The position numbers were made by a program, and so were the translations under genes. From the NCBI GenBank assembly GCA_018399685.1, contig JAGYOK010000007.1, positions 10,272-74,271 of the forward strand: DNA of 64,000 bases. Reading direction: 5' to 3'. Position 1 is the stretch's first letter, and each line of letters opens with the position of its first letter. Below the pieces are notes generated by a model that was given only the letters and a program-made list of their open reading frames with translations, was not told where the DNA came from and searched no databases. This stretch comes from Alphaproteobacteria bacterium. Its GTDB lineage: Bacteria > Pseudomonadota > Alphaproteobacteria > Micavibrionales > Micavibrionaceae. Below, in pieces: positions 12,003-21,626 of the stretch.

Positions 12003-15000
12003 ATGATCCAGTTTACCAAACTCCGGCTAAGTGGTTTTAAATCATTTGTCGATAAAACAGAGCTAGAAATAGGTCCGGGTCTAAACGGTATTGTCGGCCC
12101 GAACGGCTGTGGTAAATCAAATCTTGTAGAAGCCATGCGTTGGGTAATGGGCGAAAACTCTGCCAAGCGTATGCGTGGCGACGGAATGGAAGACGTCATC
12201 TTTGCCGGTACCTCTAAGCGCAGCCCACGCAATTTTGCCGAGGTTTCCCTGCTTCTTGATAATTCAAAACGCACTGCTCCTGCGGCTTATAACGCCTCTG
12301 ACGAAGTCGAAATCGTTCGCCGCATTGAAAAGGACAGAGGCTCCGGTTACAAAATCAATGGCAAAAACTCCAGGGCACGCGATGTGCAGATGCTGTTTGC
12401 TGATACCATCACGGGAGCAAACTCTCCTTCCCTTGTTTCACAGGGGCATGTAACCCGCATGATTAATGCCAAACCGCAGGATCGGCGCTTAATTCTTGAA
12501 GAATCTGCGGGAATAGCTGGCCTGTATGCGCGCAGACATGAAGCCGAATTAAGACTACGCGCCGCCGATAGCAATCTGATACGGCTGGAAGATATTCTAG
12601 GCAGCATGGAAAGTCGTTTAAGCACTCTGAAACGTCAATCTCGTCAGGCAATAAAATATAAGAATTTGAGTACTTCCATAAGAGAATTCGAAGTTCAGAT
12701 AGCTTATCTCGAATGGTTAACCCTAAAGGAAAAACAAAACGTTCTTAAAACAACTTTTGCTGAATCAGAATCAATAGTTGCCAAAAATCTGGCTGTTGTA
12801 ACGCAACTCACCAAAACACAAAACACCCAGATTAGCGACCTCCCCCCCTTGCGCAAAAAAGAAGCCGAAGCCTCGGCAGCTCTTCAAAAACAAAAAATCG
12901 ACTTCCAAAATCTTGAAGAAGAAATCGAGCGTTACCGCAATGATTTGCAGGAAACCAAAACACAACTCCATCAAATATCTATCGATCATCAGCACGAAGA
13001 AAAAACGCTGGAGGAGACATCAACGCAACTAAATAAAGTTAAGGGAGAATATGAAGAGCTTCTTGAAGAACAAGAACGGGATGAAACTCTGTTCAAGCAA
13101 AAGTCAAAATTAAAAGAGGCTTCCCATAAAGAGCTATTGGTAATCGAAGAGCGCTACAGTGCGCTGAAAGAAAATGCTGCGGCAAATATGGCGCGCAAGG
13201 AATCTCTGGAAAAACAAATCCAACGCCATGAATCCCGCATTAATTATTTGCAGGAGCGTCTGGCCAAATTTCAGGATGAGCTTAAAAACTGTATACTCGA
13301 AGACAACATCCATAGTGATATTGCCAAGTACGAAAAACAGTGCGGGGAAAAAGAAAATTCCCTTATCGAGCTGAAGAAAAAGCTCGATACTTATAATATC
13401 GATATCAAAGAATCAGAACAAAAGCGTGAAGATGCCCGCGAAGCTCTTAATAAAGAAGAGCATGGATACGCACAAATAAACGCTGAGATCTCTGTTCTTG
13501 AAGAGTTTTTCAGCAACGATGACGGCGATGATTATAAATCTGTTCTCGATCAAATAAGTACAGACCCCGGATTTGAGGTAGCCCTGTCAAGAGCTCTTGG
13601 AGACTCATTGATGGCTGCGCTTGATAAGGACGCTCCGGCCTATTGGGCGGATATGAAGCATAAGGATATCCCGAAGCTTCCAAAAGGAGCTATCGCTATG
13701 TCCTCCCATGTCAGGGCGCCAAAAGAAATGCATCTGGCTTTGTCTTCTATTGGCTATGTTGACACGATAGAGCAAGGGTCAGCGCTGGCTGGCGAGCTAA
13801 GCCCCGGCCAGTCTTTGGTTTCATCTGATGGCGCTTATTGGCGGTGGGATGGCTATTTTATTCAGGAAAAAGCAACAGACCGCCACAGCGTTTATCTGGA
13901 GCAAAAAAACAAAAAAGCAGCGCTTGAGAAGACAAAAACACAAAACTACAGCCAACTTGAAAAAGCCAGAGCCTCGTTCGAGGAAGCAAGCTCCCTTTAT
14001 GATTATGCGCGCACAAAATGTGAAGAGATCACAAAGGAAATAAAATCTTGTGAGAATGTTCTGACCGCCCTGAGGCCTGAATTACAAAAACTTAAAGATA
14101 AAACCCAACGCGTAAAAGCGGATCAGGAACGTTATAACGAACAAATTGCATCAGTTGAAGAAGATATAAGCTCTACACAAGAGGTGCTAGACAACGATAA
14201 AAGTTCGTTAAAAGCTCTTCTGGAAACACAAAAAGACGGAGACAATAACGAGGTTTTAATTTCTCAGGCAAAGGAAAAACTCGATATTGCAAAAGAAGAA
14301 TACCAGCACGCAGTGCGTGATCTTGATCTTTTCACTCAGGGGCGCAATACAAGGCTCGCTAGAATACAGGCAATTTCTGATGAGCGATTGTCTTTGAAAA
14401 ACAGAAATATTAGAGCTGCGGCGCGTTCGAAAGAGCTGTCGGAACGGCAGGAAAAGCTCTCGGAAAAACTAGAAAATCTTAAAGAAAATCCGATTATAAA
14501 AGACGATACACGCGCCATAATGCTTGATGAAATCACAACCCTTGAAAAGCAGCGCGATCAGGCAGCAGAGCAATTAGCTGCATGTGAAGAAAATGTCTCC
14601 TCAACAAATTCTGCGCTTAAACAGGCAGAAAATATACTTGGAGAAGCAAGAGAAAAACGTGCCCAGTCACAAGCCTTTCTTTCATCGCTCAACGAGCAAA
14701 TAACCGAGGTCGAATACTCGGTAAAAGAAAGATTTGATATTCCACCAAAAGACTTGGTTAATCATTCCCAATCAGGGGATCTTGTTAATTATTCGATCGA
14801 AGACCTGCCAAAATTAAAAGAGCAAAAAGATAAATATATTAAAGATCGTGATTCTATCGGCCCGGTTAACTTGCGCGCCGAGATTGAAACAAGAGAACTG
14901 GAAGAGGAGCTTACCACCCTGCTCCACGAACGTCAGGATCTCGTTCAGGCTATTGACGAGCTTCGTGGCGGCATTAACAAGATCAATAAAGAAGCCAGAG

Positions 15001-15503
15001 AAAGACTGGTATCTGCCTTTAAGCATGTTAATGCGCATTTCGAAGATTTGTTCAAACGCTTGTTTGGTGGCGGAGAAGCACATCTGGAGCTTATTGATTC
15101 CGATGATCCATTAGGCGCGGGATTGGAAATCTATGCAAAGCCACCGGGAAAGTCCCTTCAATCACTATCTTTGCTGTCCGGCGGTGAGCAAACTCTGGCC
15201 TCTATTGCTTTGATCTTCGCTATGTTTTTGACAAACCCCTCTCCCATATGTGTGCTTGACGAGATCGACGCACCCTTGGATGATGCCAATGTTGATCGCG
15301 TCTGTGATCTGCTGGACGAAATTGCAGAGCGCGGGGAAACAAGATTTTTGGTTGTAACACATCATCGTCTTACCATGGCACGTATGGACAGGCTATACGG
15401 GGTTACAATGTCAGAAAAAGGTGTATCACAGCTCTTATCCATTGATCTTCAACGTTCATTCGATTTTGTCGAACAAAATAATAATGACCAGAAAGTCGCA
15501 TAA
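12003..15503 (+). CDS. smc: chromosome segregation protein SMC
   Basis: 1166-aa ORF with Walker A (GPNGCGKSN), long coiled-coil arms, a central hinge, the LSGGEQ signature and Walker B (CVLDEIDAPLD). Confidence 0.95.
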   Translation: MIQFTKLRLSGFKSFVDKTELEIGPGLNGIVGPNGCGKSNLVEAMRWVMGENSAKRMRGDGMEDVIFAGTSKRSPRNFAEVSLLLDNSKRTAPAAYNASDEVEIVRRIEKDRGSGYKINGKNSRARDVQMLFADTITGANSPSLVSQGHVTRMINAKPQDRRLILEESAGIAGLYARRHEAELRLRAADSNLIRLEDILGSMESRLSTLKRQSRQAIKYKNLSTSIREFEVQIAYLEWLTLKEKQNVLKTTFAESESIVAKNLAVVTQLTKTQNTQISDLPPLRKKEAEASAALQKQKIDFQNLEEEIERYRNDLQETKTQLHQISIDHQHEEKTLEETSTQLNKVKGEYEELLEEQERDETLFKQKSKLKEASHKELLVIEERYSALKENAAANMARKESLEKQIQRHESRINYLQERLAKFQDELKNCILEDNIHSDIAKYEKQCGEKENSLIELKKKLDTYNIDIKESEQKREDAREALNKEEHGYAQINAEISVLEEFFSNDDGDDYKSVLDQISTDPGFEVALSRALGDSLMAALDKDAPAYWADMKHKDIPKLPKGAIAMSSHVRAPKEMHLALSSIGYVDTIEQGSALAGELSPGQSLVSSDGAYWRWDGYFIQEKATDRHSVYLEQKNKKAALEKTKTQNYSQLEKARASFEEASSLYDYARTKCEEITKEIKSCENVLTALRPELQKLKDKTQRVKADQERYNEQIASVEEDISSTQEVLDNDKSSLKALLETQKDGDNNEVLISQAKEKLDIAKEEYQHAVRDLDLFTQGRNTRLARIQAISDERLSLKNRNIRAAARSKELSERQEKLSEKLENLKENPIIKDDTRAIMLDEITTLEKQRDQAAEQLAACEENVSSTNSALKQAENILGEAREKRAQSQAFLSSLNEQITEVEYSVKERFDIPPKDLVNHSQSGDLVNYSIEDLPKLKEQKDKYIKDRDSIGPVNLRAEIETRELEEELTTLLHERQDLVQAIDELRGGINKINKEARERLVSAFKHVNAHFEDLFKRLFGGGEAHLELIDSDDPLGAGLEIYAKPPGKSLQSLSLLSGGEQTLASIALIFAMFLTNPSPICVLDEIDAPLDDANVDRVCDLLDEIAERGETRFLVVTHHRLTMARMDRLYGVTMSEKGVSQLLSIDLQRSFDFVEQNNNDQKVA

Positions 15504-15576
15504 GACAGACTTTTTATATCTTAAACCCGTCAACAGCGCTACACTATGTACTTCGATAAACCTAAAAGCTTTTGTT

Positions 15577-15891
15577 ATGAACAAGAAACTGGACGATGAA
15601 ATATTAGAAAAGATTGATGCGCTCGATGAGCGTATTAACAAAGTTCGTAGTGATTATAATGAAGACAAAGAAAAGCATGAAGGAAAACCCGCCGAAGACG
15701 AAACACCCGAAATTCGCCTCGGCAGAGCGGCAGCTTCCATGTTCTTGGGTAATGTTATAGCCGGTTTTATTCTGGGGTTTTTGGCAGACAAATATTTGGG
15801 CACAGCACCGTGGGGGATAATGCTTTGTATTATATTGGGTTTCGTCGCTGGAGTTTATCGCGCGCAGAGCCTTTTTAAAAAAAATGAATAA
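15577..15891 (+). CDS. atpI: ATP synthase protein I (AtpI/AtpZ-like)
   Basis: The ATG at 15577 lies inside track ORF 15421-15891. It encodes a small protein with two C-terminal TM helices, immediately upstream of atpB. The upstream part of the track ORF overlaps the smc 3' end and is probably not translated. Confidence 0.6.
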   Translation: MNKKLDDEILEKIDALDERINKVRSDYNEDKEKHEGKPAEDETPEIRLGRAAASMFLGNVIAGFILGFLADKYLGTAPWGIMLCIILGFVAGVYRAQSLFKKNE

Positions 15892-15969
15892 CTGGAAAAT
15901 GCCCATTGATTAACCTATTCAAATAGGCTAGAAACAATAAAATTTTAGTAAACAGGACGGAGCTAAAGA

Positions 15970-16737
15970 GTGTCTGATCCAACTGGAAAAGTTGACCCCA
16001 TTCATCAGTTTGTAATTGTACCAATTACCGAAAACTGGAACATCGCAGGCTATGATATCAATTTCACTAATTCTTCATTGTGGATGGTAATCGCGGCAGT
16101 TGTCTCTATTACACTGTTGACGATTGGTATGCGCAAAAAAGCTTTGATCCCCACCCGTGGACAAATGGCTGCGGAGATTTTTTATGAATTTATTAGCAAA
16201 ACTCTAAATGAGAATACCGGCAAAAAAGGCCGTCCGTATTTTCCGTTTGTCTTTACGATTTTTACGTTTGTTCTTGCCGCCAATGTTTTGGGATTATTCC
16301 CACATTCATTTACACCTACATCACAGCTGATCGTGACAGGAGCTTTAGCGATACTGGTTTTTGTAACTGTTATCGTGCTGGGTGTATATAACCATGGCTT
16401 AAAATGGTTTTCAATGTTTGTGCCACATGGCGTTCCCTGGTGGTTAATGCCTTTCATTATAGCCTTGGAGCTTGTCTCGTTTTTCGTACGTCCCTTAACC
16501 CACTCTGTTCGTTTGTTTGCAAACATGATGGCCGGACACATGATGCTCAAAATTATTATCGGTTTCTCTGTCACCGCGGCCAGCGCCGGGTGGATAGGAG
16601 TTGCATTTGGTTTGCTTCCAGCAGCTTTCGACGCAATTATGTTGGCGTTTGAGTTATTTGTTGCCGGCTTGCAAGCATATGTCTTCGCGATTTTGACATG
16701 TATTTATCTCAAAGATAGTGTTGATCTTCACCACTAA
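15970..16737 (+). CDS. atpB: F0F1 ATP synthase subunit a
   Basis: 255-aa polytopic ORF with the conserved RLFANMMAGH segment containing the essential Arg. Confidence 0.9.
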   Translation: MSDPTGKVDPIHQFVIVPITENWNIAGYDINFTNSSLWMVIAAVVSITLLTIGMRKKALIPTRGQMAAEIFYEFISKTLNENTGKKGRPYFPFVFTIFTFVLAANVLGLFPHSFTPTSQLIVTGALAILVFVTVIVLGVYNHGLKWFSMFVPHGVPWWLMPFIIALELVSFFVRPLTHSVRLFANMMAGHMMLKIIIGFSVTAASAGWIGVAFGLLPAAFDAIMLAFELFVAGLQAYVFAILTCIYLKDSVDLHH

Positions 16738-16799
16738 ACATGTTAGACCCGCGTTGTTTTTAAAGTGTTGTTAAACAAACAGTAAAAAGGAAAAAAATA

Positions 16800-17027
16800 A
16801 TGGAAATAGAAGCTGCAAAAGCTTTTGCCGGTGCTTTGGTGGCAATGCCCGCTATTGCTTCAGCAATGGGTATCGCTTTGTATTGTATATCATATAACAA
16901 TGCTATCGCTCGTAACCCTGAAGTTAAAAAACTGATAGACGACAAGTTCTTTATGGCTGTTGCCTTCATTGAAGCTTTGGGAATTATTCCTATTGGTTTG
17001 GCAGCATACGTGCTCTCAAGCATATAG
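16800..17027 (+). CDS. atpE: F0F1 ATP synthase subunit c
   Basis: 75-aa two-helix hairpin with an ARNP loop and a carboxylate in AFIEALGI. Its position between atpB and the b subunits fits. Confidence 0.8.
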   Translation: MEIEAAKAFAGALVAMPAIASAMGIALYCISYNNAIARNPEVKKLIDDKFFMAVAFIEALGIIPIGLAAYVLSSI

Positions 17028-17215
17028 GTTTTATTATTTAATCAATTTAAGAGGCGGACGGTTCTAAGGATTTTTCAATAAGCTTGATTTTCTTTTATCG
17101 TTGGCCTTTTCCCGTTACGTTGCGACCTGTAAGTGTGTGTTTGTAAATTTTATTAACGGCACGATGTTTACAGGTCCAACAAGACGGTAAATTTTGCATT
17201 AATCAGGGGAAACCG

Positions 17216-17827
17216 ATGTTAAGGAGTATTGGCATATCAGCCTTTTTATTAGTTGCGGCAGTGCCGCAGGCCTTTGCCGAAGTCGCTTATGACACTGCGG
17301 AATTGTCTGAGCATGTTGCAGAACATGCTTCTGGCGGCCTTCCTCAGCTCGATCCCTCCTCATACCCAAGTCAGATTTTCTGGCTGGTTGTTGTGTTCAC
17401 CTTCATGTATATCTTTTTCTCAAAGAAGACTGTACCCCAATATTCCCGTACGATTGAAGATCGCGCAGAACGTATCACAAGCGATTTGGATCAAGCCGCG
17501 CGTCTAAAGGACGAAGTCGCCGAGCTTCAAGCTTCATATGAAGATAAGCTTGCTCAGGCACGTGAAGAATCTTATCTGGTTTTTGCCAGTAGCGAAAAAA
17601 AGATTAAAACAGAATCAGACAAAAGAGCTGCCGATTTTCAGGAGCGTTCCCGTAAAAAAATAGAAGACCTTGAACAAAATATTCAAGGCGCGAGCGATGC
17701 CGCTATGAATGAAATGGGTGATGTCGCAGTGGAAATTGCCATACAGGCTTCCAAAAAAATAATCGGTATTAGTGTTGATGAAAAGACGGCAAAGGCTGTC
17801 GTTAAATCACTAAACAAAGTGGCATAA
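17216..17827 (+). CDS. atpF2: F0F1 ATP synthase subunit b'
   Basis: 203-aa ORF with a signal/TM segment followed by a long charged helix. It is the first of two b-type genes, as in alphaproteobacterial F0 operons. Confidence 0.7.
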   Translation: MLRSIGISAFLLVAAVPQAFAEVAYDTAELSEHVAEHASGGLPQLDPSSYPSQIFWLVVVFTFMYIFFSKKTVPQYSRTIEDRAERITSDLDQAARLKDEVAELQASYEDKLAQAREESYLVFASSEKKIKTESDKRAADFQERSRKKIEDLEQNIQGASDAAMNEMGDVAVEIAIQASKKIIGISVDEKTAKAVVKSLNKVA

Positions 17828-17869
17828 TCAAAATTAAAGTAATTAAGTAATTAATAAGGAAATAAATCT

Positions 17870-18361
17870 ATGGAGGAATATCTGTCAGACGAATATTTCT
17901 GGTATACAATATCCTTTCTTATGTTTGTCGGGGTTCTTTGGAAATATGCTCTTCCGGTGATAATAAATCTGCTGGACGCCAGAATTGCTCAAATTATAAA
18001 AAATCTTGAGGAAGCCGAAAACCTGCGTATCGAGGCGCAAGAGATTCTAGCTCAATATCAACGCAAGCACAGAGATGCCCTTGAAGAGTCTCAAAAGATT
18101 ATTGATGCGGCAAAAGAAAATGCCCGCCAGTATAAAGAAAATGCTTTGGCTGACCTTGAAGCAGCAATGAAATTACGAGAAGAGCAGTTAATAGCTCGTC
18201 TTGAGCGCATGGAACAAAGCGCTATCGGTGAGATACAAAACTATGCAGCGGAGCTTTCCATGCAAGCGGCCAGGAAGATTATAGAAGACAAGCTCGACAA
18301 GAAAACAAATGCGAAACTTGTCGAAGATGCAATTAATGGTATTGAACAAAACGTGCATTAA
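17870..18361 (+). CDS. atpF: F0F1 ATP synthase subunit b
   Basis: 163-aa ORF with a single N-terminal TM helix followed by a charged coiled helix. It is the last gene of the F0 operon. Confidence 0.75.
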   Translation: MEEYLSDEYFWYTISFLMFVGVLWKYALPVIINLLDARIAQIIKNLEEAENLRIEAQEILAQYQRKHRDALEESQKIIDAAKENARQYKENALADLEAAMKLREEQLIARLERMEQSAIGEIQNYAAELSMQAARKIIEDKLDKKTNAKLVEDAINGIEQNVH

Positions 18362-18398
18362 TTGGGTATATATAATATACACATAAGCCATAATATAT

Positions 18399-18451
18399 GC
18401 TCATATGTATAAACACATATGGGCATTTTGCTTTTTGTATTTTTGCTTTTT
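18399..18451 (+). terminator. candidate intrinsic terminator after atpF
   Basis: Inverted repeat GCTCATATGT/ACATATGGGC (18399-18408 / 18415-18424, one G-T pair) followed by a T-rich tract. The stem is AT-rich, so strength is uncertain. Confidence 0.4.
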
Positions 18452-18469
18452 TATTAAGGAGCTTTATTT

Positions 18470-19750
18470 ATGTCATTAGACGCAAGCCATAAATCCCCTG
18501 AAGACATGGTTAATTATCTGGCCAGAGAAGCTAAAAAAGCATCTTATATCCTCTCCCAAACCTCAAATGAAACTATCAATGCAACATTAAGCTCGTTTTT
18601 AATAATGCTGCGCAAAGCTACGGGAGTTATTATTGAAGCCAACAAAAAAGATGTAAAAGCAGCCAGAGAAAAGGGCTTAAGCGAAACGATGGTAGATCGC
18701 CTCATGCTTGATGAAGAACGTATTGAAGGCATTGCAAAAAGCGTGGAAATTGTTCGTAATCTGGAAGACCCAACCGGCCGTGTGTTGTGGGAGAAGATAC
18801 GCCCTAACGGCTTAAAAATTCAACGTATTTCATGCCCTATTGGCCTGCTTGGAATGATCTATGAGTCACGCCCCAACGTCACCATAGACGCGTCAATCCT
18901 GTGCCTGAAATCACATAATGCTGTTATCTTGCGCGGAGGCTCGGAATGCCTGAACAGCTCGCTTATCCTGCATAACATTATTCAGCAATCCTTAAAAGAT
19001 AACGGCCTCCCCGAAGCCTGCGTATCAATGATCCCTACTCCAGATCGTGCAGCGGTAAGCGCCATGCTAAAAGCTTCAGATTATATTGATGTTATGATTC
19101 CCCGCGGCGGTACCGGTTTAATCGAGCGGGTTATTAATGAGGCGCGTATGCCCGTTTTTGGCCACTTAAATGGAATCTGCCACGTCTATATTCACCCCGC
19201 CGTTAATCCCGAAATAGCACGTGAAGTAACCCTTAATGCAAAAATGCGTCGCACAGGAATTTGTGGAGCCGCCGAAACGTTGCTGTTTGATAAAGATCTT
19301 GATCTATCTATTGCCAAAGATGTGCTGGCAACACTTATAGATGCTGGATGCTCTATTGTCGGGGATGAGCAGGCACAAGCCATTGATACAAGAATATCTC
19401 CCGCTACAAACAATGATTGGGTGACAGAGTATCTCGAGGCAAAAATAAGCTGTAAGTTCGTCAATGGCGTAAAAGAAGCTGTGGAGCATATTAATACATA
19501 CGGCTCTCATCATACGGACAGCATTTTAACTCAAGATGATGATGCGGCTTCTTATTTTCTAAAAAACGTTGATAGCGGTATAGTTGTCCATAACGCCTCT
19601 ACCCAGTTTGCCGATGGCGGCGAGTTTGGTATGGGTGCGGAAATAGGTATCGCTACTGGTAAAATGCACGCACGGGGGCCGGTTGGCGTAGAGCAGCTAT
19701 GTACGTATAAGTATAATGTTCATGGAAATGGCCAGACTCGCCCTAAGTAA
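18470..19750 (+). CDS. proA: gamma-glutamyl phosphate reductase
   Basis: 426-aa ORF with an aldehyde-dehydrogenase fold. The YESRPNVT and AETLL...CGAAETL-type segments are characteristic of ProA. Confidence 0.92.
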   Translation: MSLDASHKSPEDMVNYLAREAKKASYILSQTSNETINATLSSFLIMLRKATGVIIEANKKDVKAAREKGLSETMVDRLMLDEERIEGIAKSVEIVRNLEDPTGRVLWEKIRPNGLKIQRISCPIGLLGMIYESRPNVTIDASILCLKSHNAVILRGGSECLNSSLILHNIIQQSLKDNGLPEACVSMIPTPDRAAVSAMLKASDYIDVMIPRGGTGLIERVINEARMPVFGHLNGICHVYIHPAVNPEIAREVTLNAKMRRTGICGAAETLLFDKDLDLSIAKDVLATLIDAGCSIVGDEQAQAIDTRISPATNNDWVTEYLEAKISCKFVNGVKEAVEHINTYGSHHTDSILTQDDDAASYFLKNVDSGIVVHNASTQFADGGEFGMGAEIGIATGKMHARGPVGVEQLCTYKYNVHGNGQTRPK

Positions 19751-19776
19751 CTCAAGGAAGCTCAAGGAAAAAGCAT

Positions 19777-20394
19777 ATGACTTTTTTCACTGAACCAAAA
19801 TTACTGGATTCCCAACGCTGGAAAAATATGCGAGTGGGCATTCTTGGGGGGTCGTTTAATCCACCCCACATGGGGCACGTCCACATATCACAAATGGCTT
19901 TAAAGTCCTTACATCTGGACGCTGTTTGGTGGCTGGTTACACCACTTAATCCTATGAAATCATCTGAAGGTCTGCTCTCGCTTGATGAACGCGTGGCACT
20001 GTCACGTGAAATTAACAATCATCCGAAAGTTATTGTTACAGGAATTGAACAGGATTTAGGCACAAACTACAGTTACGCAACAATCAAAATTCTAAAAAAG
20101 CAATTCCCCTTTACACAGTTTGCCTGGATCGCAGGAATGGATAATATCCTTACCTTCCATTTATGGCAAAACTGGAAAGATTTTCTTTCCGAGATGTGTA
20201 TGATACACGTAACCCGCCACCCTCCGGTACAACTGATACAGCAATGCCCACTACGTATGCTATCTTCACAACGTCACGTTTTTGTTGACCATGGAGGTGC
20301 TTACCCCCTCGAATCGAATACATCATATTGGCTGTTACAAAAGAAAATAATTAATATTTCCTCTACAGAAATACGAGAAAAAAAAGCAATATAA
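19777..20394 (+). CDS. nadD: nicotinate-nucleotide adenylyltransferase
   Basis: The GGSFNPPHMGH nucleotidyltransferase motif is present, and an ISST segment lies near the C-terminus. The proA-nadD-rsfS-rlmH order is conserved. Confidence 0.85.
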   Translation: MTFFTEPKLLDSQRWKNMRVGILGGSFNPPHMGHVHISQMALKSLHLDAVWWLVTPLNPMKSSEGLLSLDERVALSREINNHPKVIVTGIEQDLGTNYSYATIKILKKQFPFTQFAWIAGMDNILTFHLWQNWKDFLSEMCMIHVTRHPPVQLIQQCPLRMLSSQRHVFVDHGGAYPLESNTSYWLLQKKIINISSTEIREKKAI

Positions 20395-20609
20395 AACAAC
20401 ATGCTATCTTGTGTTTTGCACCGCAGTAATTGTTTTTATCTTCCATTGCCAAGACAAAAAACGTATAATTGCCCCAGATACAAACTTGTTGGTATTTACA
20501 AGGCAATGTTTGACTAGACAAGAAAGGTACAGGTTTTGGGTATTTGTGTACGTTATTATGTACATTTTCGACATCCAAGTGCAGAGCAACCCGGATATTC
20601 CAGAGGTAC

Positions 20610-20640
20610 GGCTAAGTCTTATGCATAGGCTTGGCTTTTT
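20610..20640 (+). terminator. hairpin plus T7 run (candidate intrinsic terminator) overlapping the nominal rsfS start
   Basis: An imperfect inverted repeat GGCTAAGTCTTATG/CATAGGCTTGGCT (with wobbles and one bulge) is followed by TTTTTTT at 20634-20640. Confidence 0.45.
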
Positions 20641-21077
20641 TTGTTAGCAGGTCAAAAAACAGGAAGGAGATAAAAGCTATTTATACATACCATGACAAAG
20701 AATCATTAAACCCCAAGGGGCTTAAAGATCTTATCGCACAAACCCTCGACGCTGAAAAAGCAGAGGATATTTTGTCCATCCCTTTATCAGATAATAGCGC
20801 TATAGCGGATTATATGGTTATTGCGTCTGGGAAATCTTCCCGCCATGTAAGCGGGCTTGCAAGAAAGCTACAGGAAAAGCTCCATCAAAACGGTGTCAAA
20901 AAATTGACTACTGAAGGTATGGCTCAGTGTGACTGGGTTGTGATTGATGCTGGTGATGTAATAGTTCACCTGTTCCGCCCGGAAGTGCGTGAGTTTTATA
21001 ATATCGAAAAGATGTGGTGTCACCCTCCTCAAAACACTAGCGCAGAAGAAGTTGGCAAAATTAAAGCTTTAAAATAG
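20631..21077 (+). CDS. rsfS: ribosome silencing factor RsfS
   Basis: The conserved core matches RsfS/YbeB (LDAEKAEDI...ADYMVIASG.S.RHV...DWVVID.GDVIVHLF.PE.R..Y.IE..W). The start is uncertain. TTG at 20631 lies inside a terminator-like hairpin. A strong SD (AGGAAGGAG, 20661-20669) is followed in frame only by ATT at 20679. Confidence 0.8.
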   Translation: MAFFVSRSKNRKEIKAIYTYHDKESLNPKGLKDLIAQTLDAEKAEDILSIPLSDNSAIADYMVIASGKSSRHVSGLARKLQEKLHQNGVKKLTTEGMAQCDWVVIDAGDVIVHLFRPEVREFYNIEKMWCHPPQNTSAEEVGKIKALK

Positions 21078-21110
21078 ATCCTGACCTTAAATAACCAAAG
21101 TATCTGCCCC

Positions 21111-21569
21111 GTGTTTAAAATAGACATAATTTGTATAGCCAACATCAAAAACAACGCTTTTGCTGATCTTATCGAGATGTACAAAAAGCGTATTCATTGG
21201 CCTTTGAATATTATCGCCCTTGAATCAAAACACAAAGACCCTCGAAAATGCCGCGAGGATGAAACACAAAAAATACTCAAACATATAAATAATCAGGCCG
21301 TTGTTATTGCGCTGGACGAGCGCGGCAAAACTATACCTTCCATGGAACTTTCAAAAAAGTTTGAGAATTACGCTCATGAAGGCCATAACCATATCCAGTT
21401 TATTATCGGCGGAGCGGACGGGTTGCTGCCGGATGTGCGGCAAAAAGCAGATATGCTGTTAAGCTTTGGAAAGCAAACATGGCCTCACGCTCTTGCTCGC
21501 GTAATGTTACTGGAGCAAATATACAGAACCCAGCAAATACTTTCCGGTCATCCTTACCACCGTGAATGA
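21111..21569 (+). CDS. rlmH: 23S rRNA (pseudouridine1915-N3)-methyltransferase
   Basis: 152-aa SPOUT-family ORF with an FIIGGADG motif, placed immediately after rsfS. It uses a GTG start. Confidence 0.9.
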   Translation: MFKIDIICIANIKNNAFADLIEMYKKRIHWPLNIIALESKHKDPRKCREDETQKILKHINNQAVVIALDERGKTIPSMELSKKFENYAHEGHNHIQFIIGGADGLLPDVRQKADMLLSFGKQTWPHALARVMLLEQIYRTQQILSGHPYHRE

Positions 21570-21626
21570 GTTTAGGATAAGCATGTCACGGGGGCTGTTT
21601 TTATACGTTCGTTTTCAATACAATTA

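Noticed and set aside
15421-15576. 5' extension of the atpI track ORF
   Set aside because: It overlaps the last 80 nt of smc in another frame. The AtpI-like sequence begins at the ATG at 15577.
16800-17027. ATP synthase c subunit helix 1 reads PAIASAMGIA rather than a clean GxGxGxG packing motif, which hints at an altered c-ring
   Set aside because: From memory, alphaproteobacterial and rickettsial c subunits already deviate from the strict glycine motif. Without an alignment I cannot say this is unusual. The essential carboxylate is intact.
17124-17176. 9-bp inverted repeat GACCTGTAA / TTACAGGTC between atpE and atpF2
   Set aside because: The loop is about 35 nt and no U-tract follows. The repeat lies inside an operon where a terminator is unlikely, and it is too weak to call.
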